Assembly (NCBI GenBank): GCA_964016885.1
Contig: OZ024751.1
Span: forward strand, 20,088,001-20,152,000
Length of the DNA: 64,000 bases
Reading direction: 5' to 3'
From: Eledone cirrhosa
Lineage: Eukaryota
Shown here: positions 43,480-57,839 of the stretch, piece after piece
Layout of the letters: each line of letters begins with the position of its first letter
Numbering within the stretch: position 1 is the first letter of the stretch
The notes under the pieces: model-generated
Seen by the model: only the letters and a program-made list of their open reading frames with translations
Databases searched by the model: none
Told to the model about the DNA's origin: nothing
Program-made: the position numbers and the translations under genes

Positions 43480-44045
43480 ATAATGGAATATAACAGAAAA
43501 CAATGGACTTCCGTCGGTTTCGACGACGAATGTTCTAGTTGTGCGATCAACGGAACGAATTGATCACGAAATTAGCATTTCGAATGGCTAAACATTCCAG
43601 AGATACTTGTACCTATTAACCTAATTCTCAGGGAGATCCAGTGCGTCACAATATCACGCAGACGATAATGGAATAGAATAGAATAGAATAGAATAGAATA
43701 AAAATAGAATGGTCCTCCATCGGTGTCGGCTAAGATATTCCAGTTGTTCGTTCAACAGAACGGTTTGCTCTTTAATTGATCAAGTGGCTGAGCATTCCAC
43801 AAGTACGAGTAGCCATTAACCTAATTCTCAGAGAGATCCAGTGCATCACAATACCACACGATCGATTCTGGAATAGAACAAAATAGTATAGAGTGGCCCT
43901 CAGTCGGTTTCGACGATGAGTGTTCCAGGCGTGAAATCAACGTTTCAAGTAGCTGAGCATTCTAATTCTACAGACATGCATATATATCCTTAATGTAAAT
44001 TCTCAAGGAGATTCGATGTTTGATGTGATTCAGTATGTGACAAAG
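43480..44045 (-). repeat. Three diverged tandem copies of the CORE-SINE 3' tail
   Basis: TCGGTTTCGACGA..CATTCC..AATTCTCAGGGAGAT units; reverse homologs of the 16184 array unit. Confidence 0.7.
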
Positions 44046-44149
44046 CTAACTATTTGAGTTTATGAAGAGTGTGGCATTAAAACCGAAACGTTTCAGACAT
44101 ACACAAGTGCAGAGAGGGAGGGGAGAGAGAGAGAGAGGGGAGAGAGAGA

Positions 44150-44231
<82 letters not shown>

Positions 44232-44929
44232 AAACTCACTACATCTTCTTTGAAATCTAATATTATTCTAAATTCTAACTCAACCCTTGTTGGGGCATAG
44301 ATACGTGTGGAAGTTGTAAAAGATACACAGATTGGGGAGGCAGTGATGTAGCGGTTTAGCCACCAACGAACCTGCTCATAGTAAACATAGAACGTTTGTT
44401 GCGAAGTTCGTTAGGCTGGTGAGTAACGAGAATTGCAAAGGTAGTGACATGGAAGCTACGAAACTCATCTGTCATCTATCACAGGTAGATGAAATTATCA
44501 ATTTACGGATTTAACTGTTTTGTTTGGTTTTTTTTTACTGTAATATTAAATAATTTAATCAAAAATATTTATTTATACAGTTAATATAAAGGATGATATA
44601 TTCATTCACAGAGATACTATAAATTAGCTTATAAATTAGGGTGAAGACCCTTAAAAAACGGATAAAGAAGTTGCCATCGGCCGCTATGAAGAATCGAACC
44701 CTATATCTCCCAGATACCAATGGCAATATATGTTTCCATCTTTTAAGGTTATGTGAGTATCTTGGTCAGCCCATGAACCTTTAACGCCGAAGAAGAGATA
44801 TTATCTCGAAAATTAAGGACATTTAAACAAATCTAAGGTAAAAGACTAATTGTCAACAATAACTTTTGCATTCTTTATTCTATGTCCAAACCTGCATTGT
44901 TTTGGCTTTATTATACATATACAAACGTT

Positions 44930-44976
<47 letters not shown>

Positions 44977-44980
<4 letters not shown>

Positions 44981-45137
44981 ATAATAAATTTGAAGACTAA
45001 AATCCAAAGAGGGCTCGATAAGGATAAATATATATCAAATATATAAGAACCGTAGAGTAAATATTTATCAGAAGATCCCGTTAAGGGTGACAGCAGCGAT
45101 TCTTTGCTTAAACTTTAATCTGTTATTTTAATAAATA
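44977..45137 (+). mobile_element. (TA)n-embedded element with a CAGAAGA hammerhead-like hairpin
   Basis: Homolog of 8951-9096. Confidence 0.7.
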
Positions 45138-45162
45138 TATATATATATATATATATATTTTA

Positions 45163-45228
<66 letters not shown>

Positions 45229-45343
45229 CGTAGGTTGACTATGAAGGAAGGATGCTAAATCTGTGAATCTTGCATGCATTAATTTCAACTTCTTACGTAT
45301 CTTGGTCAGATTCCGAAGTTTTCAGCGTATATGCGTATGTGTA

Positions 45344-45430
<87 letters not shown>

Positions 45431-45465
45431 GGAGAGAGAAATTGAGAGAGAGAGAGAGAGAGTAT

Positions 45466-45625
45466 AAAACGTTCATAGGCTGACTATGAAGGAGTGATGC
45501 TAGAACTGTGAAATCTTGTATGCATTAATTTTAACTCTTCTTATTAATAACTGCATTGTTTCTTTCCAGAGACTATGTTGAAAAAATAAACTTCATTTGT
45601 TCATTCCATGAGAGTATCTTCGTCA
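45466..45625 (+). mobile_element. Mariner-type MITE, partial
   Basis: Homolog of 61458-61659; fragments also near 45227 and 44755. Confidence 0.7.
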
Positions 45626-46589
45626 GCTTACGAACTATTCAGTCTACCTTTGCATATTTAATTGCACTTAAGTTTCCTTACGTTGGCCGTGAGGAAGTAA
45701 TTTTGTATTTATACAGTAACAGTTACAACATTCCATAATTTCCAATATGGACTCTTTAATTTCTTTATTAGATAAATCTTTATATTACATATTCATTGGT
45801 TAAGCTATATAACGTATTTTTCTAAAAACCATATTTACCTCTCTCATGGTTTTTATTTCATAATTTCTTTTATTTTATTTGTGGCGTTATTCTTTTAGTT
45901 AGTTTTTTTTTATGATTTAATGGAATAAATAATATATTTCTCCATAATACTTATCTCTCCTCGTTCAGGTTTCGTTAGTTTTAAATGAGTTCTCCTTTAG
46001 GGTTTTGCATACTCACACGCACAAACACACACACACACATATATATATATAATGGTTTGTATGTGTGTGTGAGTGTATATATACACACACACAAACACAC
46101 ATGCAAACACACACACATACATTTTTTTTTTTTCTGTTACTGTCATTTGCTTCACTGATAATTTAGTTCTGGGGGAAAAGTTAATAATTTTATAAAATAT
46201 GATATCAAATGTTTTTATTCAACGTAATTTTATCCTTAGAAATTCTTCTTTAAAATATAGTTATCAAGCTATTACTATTACAGACACAACTAAAGCTTCT
46301 TTCATTACGTAGCAATATTATTTTTATTATTATTTAAAGATATGGAGCTCTGCAACATTTCTTGTGCTTTGCTTCGCACCATTATGTCAGTTTCGTTTAA
46401 ACAGAAACTCGTTCATAATTCCCAAATATCCATATATTCATAAGCCGTAAGTATGTATATTTCATTAATCCTATACATATAATGTTCCATTAATCATATC
46501 TAATGGGGTTGGGAAAAACAAACTTCTTATCAAAAATTACTTATAACGTTTGTGCCACTGTGACTACTTGGGACAACATTAATGGACTC

Positions 46590-46890
46590 ATATTCATGTA
46601 ACATGGGGCCCTTCCCCATTTTGCACGCACTGTCCGTGAGTAGCTTGATGCCATATTTTCAGGGCGTTGTGCTGGGTCATTGAGGTCCACATGATTGGCC
46701 AACAACAGGCCCTGACTTAACACCATACGGTTTTTTCCTGTACGGGTGGGTGAAGAAAAATGTTTACAACTCAAAACCAAAAACTCTGTCTGAATTGGAG
46801 GAACACATTAGTCATGTAGTGATCAACATACCACATGAGTTCCTGATGAAGTTAGTCGAGGATATACCCAGACGATTACAAACACTGATG
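46590..46890 (+). pseudogene. Tc1/mariner-superfamily transposase fragment with stops and a frameshift
   Basis: IFM*HGALPHFARTVRE*LDAIFSGR / GPHDWPTTGPDLTPYGFFLYGWVKKNVYNSKPKTLSELEEHI matches FQQDGAPPH...WPPRSPDLTPxDFFLWG. Confidence 0.85.
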
Positions 46891-46921
46891 GAATGTAGAA
46901 TTTTAACACTGTACTGTACTT

Positions 46922-47102
46922 CTGGCAGTATTAGTAGAGGGTCGGACGCCATGCTTTGCAGCATAGAGTTATGCCCCTTTACGGTTTGAGTTCAAATGCC
47001 ACCAAGGTTAACTTTGCCTTTCATCCTTGCGGCGTCGATAAAATAAAGTACCAATAATGCACTGGGTAATTGATGGTTTTGTGCCAAAAGTAGAAACAAT
47101 TA
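46922..47102 (+). mobile_element. Nin-like SINE
   Basis: Matches other copies in the window. Confidence 0.85.
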
Positions 47103-47454
47103 TTTTGTTGAAAATAAAACATGTTTTATGAACATCTACCTATAATTTATAAAGTTATAAACAATTTTAAATATAAAGTTTCTTTCCACCCACTCTGTGC
47201 ATTGTACATAAAATCTAAAGCTCTAACCCTCACCCACATTTATCTTCTATATTATTTATCGACCCTAAGGACAAAGAGTAAGGTTTACCTCGGCGGGATT
47301 TTAAACTCAGAAATTAAAGAACCATAACAAAATGCTGCAAACGATTTTGCCAATTTCATCTCACCCCACCATTCGCTTGGACTAAATAAGAATAATTACC
47401 CCTACGAGACAGGTGAGTCTTTATGTGGTTACTTGACCTGCTAGAAATATTGCC

Positions 47455-47585
47455 CAGTTCGGATCTAGCTGTTGAAACGGCCGGAGTTCAGCCGTCGGGG
47501 TCCTGAATGTTTTCATATTACCCACTCTGCTACTTCAAGTACCGAGTACTCTGGTGATTAATGGTTTAACTGGTTTTTACCGCCT
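47455..47585 (+). mobile_element. GGC half-hammerhead family, single arm
   Basis: GAAACGGCCGGAGTTCAGCCGTCGGGGTCC plus tail. Confidence 0.7.
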
Positions 47586-48518
47586 CTAATCTGATACATA
47601 CATACATACATACATACATACATACATACATACATACATACATACATACATACATACATACATGGTGGCTGCCAACTCGTTTTCGAGTACGGCCACTACT
47701 TTACATCCATGTAGGAGAACCCCTACCGATGGGCTGAACGAGTGTGACTTTTTAGTCCAGCCAATGACTTGAAAACTCTGGTACAAACACTACACTTGTG
47801 ACAATGATTGACACATAGTGCTGGGCCCATGGTACCATGTGATGACAAGTGCAGAGAGATCTCCAGATATAAAGCAATGCCTGTGCCGTTAAGCTTTTAT
47901 AGTGAGCAAAGGCACTGCACAAAGCCAGTCACACTCTCTTAACCAACATACATACATACATATATATATTGTTTTTTTTCATATATATATACCTATATAG
48001 TTGCGAATGTGCGTGTGTGTGTGTGTGTGCGCGTGCGCGTGAATATGAGTGTGTGTGAGTGTGCGAGTGTGTGCGAGTGTGTGAGTGTGTGAGTGTGTGC
48101 GAGTATGTTAGCGCGTGTGTGAGAATGTATGTGAGCGAGTGTGAGCGCGTGTGTGAGCGCGTGCATGTGTGTGTGTGTGAGTGTGTGAGTGTGAGTGTGT
48201 GTGTGAGTGTGTTTGAATGTGTGAGAGCGTGTGAGTGTATGTGTGTAAGTATGTGAGTGTGTGTGTGTGAGAGAGTATGTCTGTGTGAGTATGTGAGAGT
48301 GTTAGTGTAAGTGTCTGTGAGTGTGTGAGAGGAGCGTGTGAGTGTATGTAAGTATGTGAGTGTGTACGTGTGTAAGTATGTGAGTGTGTGAGTGTGTGAT
48401 TAGAGTGTGTGAGAGTGAGTTTGTGTGAGTGTGTGTAAGTGTGTGTAAGTGTGTGTAAGTGTGTGTAAGTGTGTGTGTGTGTGTGTGTGAGTGTGTGTGT
48501 GTGTGTGTAAGTATGTGT

Positions 48519-48557
<39 letters not shown>

Positions 48558-48596
48558 TGTGTGTGTAAGTGTGTGTAAGTGTGTGTGTGTGTGTAT

Positions 48597-48630
<34 letters not shown>

Positions 48631-48859
48631 GTGTGTGTAAGTGTGTGTGTGTGTAAGTGTGTGTGTGTAAGTGTGTGTGTGTGTAAGTGTGTGTGTGTGT
48701 GTGTGATATGCTATGCTATTCCAGCCAACTGTTTTCAGCAAAAGCTGTGCAGATTTATCAATCCCTCTCGCCGCCGTCTTTCTGATTTATATCTTACATA
48801 AATGTTACGTGACAATGTCATGACTGAGTTGGGATTTATGGCAGAGCATGTGTTGATGT

Positions 48860-50605
48860 CACACCAGCTCCACCACCACCACCACCACCACCACTACTAC
48901 CACCACCACTACTACCACCAGCACCACCATCATCACTACTACCACGATCACCATTACAACTACCACCAGCACCACCACCATCATCATCACTACCACCGTC
49001 AACACCATCATCATCACTACTACCACCATCACCATTACAACTACCACCAGCACCACCACCATCATCACTACCACCGTCAACACCATCATCATCACTACTA
49101 CCACCATCACCATCACAACTACCACCAGCACCACCACCATCATCACCACCATCAACACCATCATCATCACTACCACCGCCACCACCATCATCACTACCAC
49201 CACCACCACCACCACCACCACCATCATCACTACCAACACCACCACCATCATCACTACCACCACCACCACCACCATCATCACTACCAACACCAACACCACC
49301 ATCATCACTACCACCACCATCACCACCATCATCACCACCACCACCACCACCACCATCATCACTACCACCACCATCATCACCACCACCACCACCACCACCA
49401 TCACCACCACCATCACTACAATCCCCCATCATTTAAACCACGGTAATCATCACTAAGATAACCATCAATACCAGACGTCATCACTACTACCATGACGACG
49501 ACCACCACCAGAACCACTATCACCATCAACACCACCAGAACTACTACCAACACTACCACAACTACCACCTCAACCACTACAATCACCAACACTACCACCA
49601 CAAGAACCACTATCACCACCAACACCACCACAAATACCACCTCAACCACTACCGCCATCAACACTACCACCACCAACCTACCACCACCACCACCAACACT
49701 ACCACCTCAACCACTAACATCACCATCACTACCACCACTACTACCACCACCACTACCACCACCAACACTACCACCTCAACCACTACTATCAACACCACTA
49801 CCACCAACACTATCACCTCAACCACTATCACTCAACCACTACCATCACCACCACTACCACCACTACCACCACCACCAACACTACCACCTCAAACACTACC
49901 ACAACTACCACCTCAACCACTACTGCCACCAACACTACCACTACCAACAGTACCACCAACCAACACTACCACCACAAGAACCACTATCACCACCAACACC
50001 ACCACTAACACTACCACCACCACTACCATCCCCAACACTACCACTAACACCACCAACACTACCACTACCACCACAGGAACCACTATCACCACTAACACCA
50101 CCACCACCAACACTACCACCAACACTACCACTACCACCACAGGAACCACTATCACCACTAACATCACCACCACCAACACTACCACTAACACCACCACCAC
50201 TACCACCAACACTACCACTACCATCACCACCACCAACACTACCACCAACACTACCACCACCATCAACACTACCACCAACACTACCACTACCATCACCACC
50301 ATCAACACTACCACCAACACTACCACCACCACCAACACTACCCCCAACACTACCACTAACACCACCAACACTACCGCCACCATCACCACCATCAACACCA
50401 CCACCAACACTACCACCACCACCAACACTACCCCCAACACTACCACTAACACCACCAACACTACCGCCACCATCACCACCACCAACACTACCACCAACAC
50501 TACCTCCACCACCAACACTACCACCAACACTACCACTAACACCACCAACACTACCACTACCATCACCACCACCAACACTACCACCAACACTACCACTACC
50601 ACCAA
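48860..50605. repeat. (CAC/CAT/TAC)n degenerate trinucleotide and minisatellite array
   Basis: 1.7 kb of triplet repeat; the poly-His/Pro/Thr ORFs are artefacts. Confidence 0.95.
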
Positions 50606-50659
50606 GTGGACCCAACAGTATCAAAGTATTAAGTGACAATTGTAAAACAGCAGTAACAA

Positions 50660-51390
50660 TGTATGTATGAAGCTGTATCTCCTGAGGGAGTCGTAGGGAC
50701 GCCATGTTGACACACGGCAGGTTTTGAGCACTTTAAACATGGCGGGGTATATCACATCTCTTGGTCTGACTGTGAATATAAGGGAGAGAGGGGGAAAAGA
50801 GGTGGCAGAGGGAGTGAGAGAGACAGAGAGAACGAGATAGAGAGGAAGTGAGAACGAGATAGAGAGGAAGTGAGAACGAAATAGAGAGGGAGTGTGAACG
50901 AGATAGAGAGACAGAGAGTGAGAACGAGGTAGAGAGAGAGAGAGAGTGAGAACGAGGTAGAGAGAGAGAGAGAGTGAGAACGAGGTAGAGAGAGAGAGAG
51001 TGAGAACGAGGTAGAGAGAGAGAGAGTGAGAACGAGGTAGAGAGAGAGTGAGTGAGAACGAGGTAGAGAGAGAGAGAGAAAGAACGATATAGAGAGGAAG
51101 TGAGAGAGAGAGAGAGAGAGAGAGAGTGAGAACAAGATAGAGAGGGAGAACAAGATAGAGAGGGAGTGGGAACGAGGTAGAGAGAGAGAACGAGATAGAG
51201 AAAAAAAGGAAGTGAGACAGAGATATCGAAGAAGGAAGCAGATATACATGAAGTGAGAAATGATAAGGAACTCGCAGGAGAGCTGGACAGCAGAGGGACA
51301 GCAGAGGGACAGCAGAGAGACTGTCGTCAGAGAAGAAATCCCCACCCCAGACGAGTGTTTCGGCCCTAAATATCTGAAACACTAACAAAA
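50660..51390 (-). mobile_element. Element with an expanded CT-rich minisatellite and the shared hairpin 3' tail
   Basis: Tail GCCGTGTGTCAACATGGC..CCTACGAC is homologous to 12300-12356; GAGAACGAGGTAGAGAG minisatellite at 50820-51200. Confidence 0.6.
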
Positions 51391-51418
51391 AGAAAGAAAG
51401 AAATATATATATATACAG

Positions 51419-51498
<80 letters not shown>

Positions 51499-51600
51499 AT
51501 AATAATAAACTTTGCTTAAACTTTAATCTGTTATTTTAATAAATATATATATATATATATATATAATTAACAACAAAGAACGCTTAGAGCATAGGTATAT

Positions 51601-51658
51601 CTTTACTTGCTGACAGTGTTTCGTCCACACTATAAGTGGGACTCATCAGAGCATAAAG
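51601..51658 (-). ncRNA. Canonical-core hammerhead ribozyme
   Basis: CTTTA-TGCT-CTGATGA-GTCC-CACTTATAGTGT-GGAC-GAAAC-ACT-GTC-AGCA-AG-TAAAG. Confidence 0.9.
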
Positions 51659-52725
51659 AGTGATTACATATTACACAAGCAATAACAAATCCAAGACATT
51701 GAAGAAATAAAAAATAAACATTGAAAAATAATAAGAAGTGCTAACAGTCACAGTTGGGCAGGGTGCTGTTAACATACAGTTACATACAAGCATACGCATA
51801 AGCATGAGCACCCGCATGCAACCACACAACAGGCAGCCATATGCAACACATATAGTATAGACTAATACAAATAACCAATACAATAACATATAGACTAATA
51901 CAAATAACTAATACAATAACATATCATGGACGAGTATGCAAAAGCTAAGAGATGAATGGTGGATATACAATGGGTAAAAATACAATGGGTAAAAGTAAGA
52001 TAAACAAAGGATAGAAATAGATTAACCATAGATAAAAAATAGATTAACCATGGATAAGAGAAAGAGAATAGATAAGGAATAGACAAGAATAGATAAGATA
52101 GATAGGAGTAGATAAAAATAGATAAAAAATAGATAAAAAATGGATAAAAAATAGACAAATAATATATATAAAAAATATAAAAAATATATATATAAAAAAT
52201 ACAGATAGTAGAGATAAAGGGTAAAGAATAAAATAAAATTAAATTAAAATTAAAATTATATAAAATAAAATACAATGAAATAAAATAAAATAAAGTAAAG
52301 TGAGATAAGATATATATTTAGAATATATTTCTTGAATATATCAGGGGCACACGAACGCCTTAAGTGTTACAGTTAGCCATATCACAACAATCAAATGCAC
52401 AAATGAGATTTATAATCAACAGGTGCTATGTCCACACTCGATTGAGTTGACCATTGCAATGCAATGGAGACATCCCAGGTTAGGCAGTCACAGAAGTTCA
52501 CACTCTAAAGTCACGGGTGTGCATTCACACAGTTGAGCGGTGGGGCAATCACAAAAGGTTCACACTCAAGGCAGGAATCCATTGGTCAACAGAGGCATAT
52601 CCACATCACCAGCGAGGACGTATGCAAGGAAGGTAGGTAAATTCACGGGCAGATAACTGAGTGTCACAACGTCACAAGGTAGCAAGCAAAATCGTTTACA
52701 TATATATATTATATATATATATATA

Positions 52726-53037
<312 letters not shown>

Positions 53038-53062
53038 TATATATATATATATATATATACAG

Positions 53063-53110
<48 letters not shown>

Positions 53111-53200
53111 CAGTATATATATATATACAGTATATATATATATATATATATATACAGTATATATATATAAATATATATTAAATATATATATATATATATA

Positions 53201-53425
53201 ACTAGAAAATAGAATAGCTTTTACCGTATTTTTGGCTAATGGAATTTTAGCCTGATAATGGGGTTTAGAACCCTCATATAAATGGAAAAAGATGAGTATT
53301 GACGTACATGGGAGTCACGTACGTCAATACTCATCTTTTTCCATTTATCTGAGGGTTCTAGACCCCATTATCAGGCTAAAATTCCATTAGCCAAAAATAC
53401 GGTGAAAGGTATTCTAATTCCTAGT
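53201..53425. repeat. 107 bp-arm palindrome adjacent to (TA)n
   Basis: 53201-53307 mirrors 53319-53425 with an 11 nt spacer. Confidence 0.9.
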
Positions 53426-53458
53426 TTCAAGACATGCTTACTTGATCTTACTATATAT

Positions 53459-53645
53459 AGGCGCGTGGCTGAGTGGTTAGAGATTTGGATTCGCAATCGT
53501 GAGGTTGAGAGTTCGATTCCCGGACCGGGAGATGCGTTATGTCCTTGGGCAAGGCGCTTTATTCTACGTTGCTCCTTCTACCTGGAGTTGCGACCGATAG
53601 ATAGTATTAGCAATTGGAAAGGTTTTACGAAAGTCGATCGACTGT
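53459..53645 (+). mobile_element. tRNA-derived CORE-type SINE
   Basis: GGCGCGTGGCTGAGTGGTTAG..GAGTTCGATTCC..GTCCTTGGGCAAGGC. Confidence 0.85.
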
Positions 53646-53659
53646 CGATAAATATAGAG

Positions 53660-53824
53660 CACCGGTCGTTTCGACAGCTAGAACTGTTCGTATCTAGCTA
53701 TGGAAACGGCCCAAGCTCAGCCGTCGGGGTCCTGAATCTTTTTTATATTACCTACTCTACCACCCCAAGTATCGAGTACTCTGGTACGTTATGGTCCACC
53801 TGGAATCTTCCCACACCTTTTCTG
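53660..53824 (+). mobile_element. GGC half-hammerhead family, short fold-back
   Basis: GTTTCGACAGCTAGA..TCTAGCTATGGAAACGGCC..GCCGTCGGGG plus tail. Confidence 0.75.
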
Positions 53825-53936
53825 ATATATATATATATATATATATGTATGTAAAAGGTAAACAGAAATAACAACACAATCGGTACAGTATATGGAAGGT
53901 ATATATTAGGTTAACGCTTAATATAGCAGGAAGAGG

Positions 53937-53974
53937 TTCTTAACGTTTCGGACTCTAGTCCTTCATCAGAAGAA
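53937..53974 (-). ncRNA. Minimal hammerhead ribozyme, family H1
   Basis: TTCTT-CTGATGA-A-GGAC-TAGA-GTCC-GAAA-CGTT-AAGAA. Confidence 0.75.
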
Positions 53975-54188
53975 AGAATGAGAAAGAAAATAGATTAAGG
54001 GGACGGACGGGATGGAAGTGGAAAAAATGTCTTTAGATAAATCTCGGGTTCAATCGGGGGGGGTAACCACAGTAAATAAGATACTCAATACATAGTAGAG
54101 TATAAATATTTAATATAGAAAAGGCTTCTATTTCATTCGGGAGAAATCGTCAGGAATGAAACAGTTCTCGTCCTCCTTTAAGAGCCTT

Positions 54189-54232
<44 letters not shown>

Positions 54233-54287
54233 AAATACATAAAATAAAATAAATAAGTCAAATATTTAAAATTTGGGTTCGTTTATT

Positions 54288-54342
54288 ACTCCTATATATA
54301 TTTCGGTGACAGCCATCCTTGGCTGTGACCTCTTCAGACAGT
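54288..54342 (-). ncRNA. Hammerhead ribozyme, family H2 (C.C class), followed by AATAAA
   Basis: ACTGT-CTGAAGA-GGT-C-ACAGCCA-AGGA-TGGCTGT-C-ACC-GAAA-TATATA-TA-GGAGT-AATAAA. Confidence 0.8.
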
Positions 54343-54428
54343 CCGAATTGGTGTGGTAGAGACGGGTACACATGTTGAGGTCTTTAACTCCGTCAATACT
54401 CCGATATGCCCAGTTCCTGGTTGGGTTG

Positions 54429-54492
<64 letters not shown>

Positions 54493-54635
54493 TGTGAGAA
54501 AAACCACAGACCCTCCAACTCAACTCACCTTTTGAAAAGCAGAAGAACTGCGAAACCGGTAAGGGAACCAAATAAATATATATATATTTTTTTTTAAATA
54601 AGACTCCAGTTGCATTTTCGATTTCATCTCTTTTT

Positions 54636-54712
<77 letters not shown>

Positions 54713-54840
54713 AAAGTTTTATTTAAAATTGTTGGGTTACAACAAGTAAGTATTTTATAACCGATATAAAGCACTCGACAAGTTTTTGGAGTAGATATAC
54801 GATAGTAAACAAATGGAAACTATATTTATAAAACCATATT

Positions 54841-54906
54841 TATTTCATTATACATATTTCAGGGATACCATATTAAAAATATGGCATGCCTTCGTCAGAT
54901 AAAATA
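54841..54906 (-). ncRNA. Hammerhead ribozyme, family H5
   Basis: TATTTTAT-CTGACGA-AGG-C-ATGCCATATT..AATATGGTAT-C-CCT-GAAA-TATGTA-TA-ATGAAATA. Confidence 0.85.
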
Positions 54907-55081
54907 CAATATATAAACTGTTTTATAAATAATTTTGACGTACCATAAATATAAGCGACCATTAAGGTAGGAAGCTGGCCTACCTTAATGGTCGCTTATA
55001 TTTATGGTACGTCAAAATAGTGCAGTTTTAAATCAACTGCACTATCCACAAGTGTTTTTTAGCCTTCATATCATGTTCTCC

Positions 55082-55152
55082 TGTTTTATCTGATGAAAAC
55101 ACAAATATTATTGCATGATGATGTTTGTTTTTGAAATGCGCATAATAAAATA
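55082..55152 (+). ncRNA. Hammerhead ribozyme, family H3
   Basis: Same fold and sequence as 31610-31680. Confidence 0.8.
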
Positions 55153-55788
55153 CATGGAACTCCTTTAACCATCTTTTTATCTTATATTATGTATACTCCA
55201 GTCCTACAAACTGTAGAGTGCTTCTTATCCGATATCTGCATTGCTTTATTGTACTACAATAAAACTCACCTCCTACATTATATATATATATATATATATA
55301 GGGAGTTAGAAATAGGAAGAATCACACTAGAATTGGGGACGGGTAATTCTTTTTATATATCGACCTCGAAAGGATAAAAAAAAAAAGTTCAGCAGGTCAG
55401 GATTAGAAATCATTTAGCGCATAGAGAGAACGTGAGAACAAATATCGCAAAACACTCTATCCGACTTCTTTAACACTTCTACCACTTCACCTACCTCTCC
55501 TGTAACTATATATCACGGTTATAACGTCTCCATCATACATAGCACAGGAGTTCATGTCATCAATCAAAGTAGGCTTTCAAAACAGGTTTATAGAATAAAA
55601 ATAATATATAATAATATATAAAACAGCTATACCCTTGTAAATTTATGGCATGTTAAAAAAGAATGACGGTGTGTCTAAGCGCATTTATATATGGGAAACT
55701 ATAGACATGTGTAGCATGTATGTATGCATATGATTATACACATATATACATATATATATATATATATGTGTGTGTATATATATATATA

Positions 55789-55853
<65 letters not shown>

Positions 55854-56088
55854 ATGCATATATATATAGATATATGTGTATGTATATATATATATATATA
55901 AACATATATGTATATTTATATAAACATATATGTATATTTATATACATATATTGTATATGTATTTATATACATATATGTATGTGTATGAAATACACATATA
56001 TATATATATACATATATACACACACACACACACACATACCTCATACATATACAATTTACGTATGCTCACCTATACACACATTTATAGA

Positions 56089-56151
<63 letters not shown>

Positions 56152-56336
56152 TTATACATACATATGTGTACATATACACGTACACACATATATATATATA
56201 TAGAGAGAGAGAGAGATGCATATATAGAGAGATACATATATATACTTAACTATATGTGTGGGCGCGCATGTAAGTGGCTGTCTATGCAAATCTTATTATA
56301 TCTGCATATCTATAAATCTTAAACATCTAATGTATA

Positions 56337-56380
<44 letters not shown>

Positions 56381-56393
56381 CATATATATGTAT

Positions 56394-56508
<115 letters not shown>

Positions 56509-56510
56509 TA

Positions 56511-56586
<76 letters not shown>

Positions 56587-56592
56587 TATGTA

Positions 56593-56666
<74 letters not shown>

Positions 56667-56708
56667 TATGTATATATATATATATATATATACATATATA
56701 TGTATATA

Positions 56709-56768
<60 letters not shown>

Positions 56769-56772
56769 CATA

Positions 56773-56811
<39 letters not shown>

Positions 56812-56888
56812 GCGCACTTGCATATTTGTGGCTGTGTGTATACATACATATGTATATATACAATAAATATATATTACAAACATATATG

Positions 56889-56962
<74 letters not shown>

Positions 56963-57066
56963 TTGCATTAAATTTATATATGCAGACCACACGCATGCAA
57001 AAAATGCACATACCCCATATATATATATATATATAATTATGTGTGTGTGTATGCATATGTGTGTGT

Positions 57067-57149
<83 letters not shown>

Positions 57150-57839
57150 TGTTTACAGATTTACACAGACATATTTATTACGTACCACATTTAGAATGAA
57201 AATCATGGAAACATTAACCCAATTTTACCGTTCTCTCCCCCCCCCCTCTCTCTATCTATCTCTCTCTATCCTCCTTCTCTCTCTCTCCATTTATCTATCT
57301 ATCTCTATTTTTTTCTTTCTCACCCCCTCACTAGCTGTCTCATTCTCTCTCTCTCTCTCCTTCTCACCCTCTACTTCTTAGTAACTATATTTCTCACCCA
57401 TTTCACTTCCTCCCCCTCCTGCCTATCCTCTCACTCTCCCCTTCCCCTCTCACTTTCCATATACAAACAAACAGTGTGAGGTAGAACGTCGACCCTACGT
57501 ATGTTATATGTTAGCAAGGTGTTGGGATCACAGTGATATCTCTAGTATAAACATGTAACACTGTGTTGTTGTATCTCTATCTCCCCCTCCCCCTCACCTC
57601 TCCTCCTCCTCCTCCCTCTGTCTCACATCACATCACATCAATACTTCTGAAACACGTACGCCCCCGCTCGCTGTTGCCTCCTCCACCTGCCGCTGCCGAA
57701 ACCGCCACTACTTCCTCACACCGCCTCCTCAGAGCCCTACCCCGCCACGCCCCACCACACCTTGCTTTATCACGTTGACGTCGCTTTCGAACGCTGCCGC
57801 CACCTCCAACCAACGCCGCCGCCGTCTGTCTGACGCTAC

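Noticed and set aside
44060-44100. ATGAAGA...CCGAAACGTT
   Set aside because: Stems do not pair convincingly.
47398-47500. CCCCTACGAGACAG as the missing 5' half of the GGC-family hammerhead
   Set aside because: The core lacks a G, and the intervening sequence matches a different dispersed repeat; probably coincidental.
48802-50705. Poly-His, poly-Pro/Thr and Gly/Ser-rich ORFs (extensin- or silk-like)
   Set aside because: Trinucleotide array open in several frames on both strands, with no unique coding context.
51660-52700. Possible autonomous Penelope ORF upstream of the 51601 ribozyme
   Set aside because: No RT or GIY-YIG motifs are visible in any frame of the ORF track.
53459-53530. tRNA genes
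   Set aside because: A/B boxes run directly into SINE bodies; these are tRNA-derived heads without a full cloverleaf.
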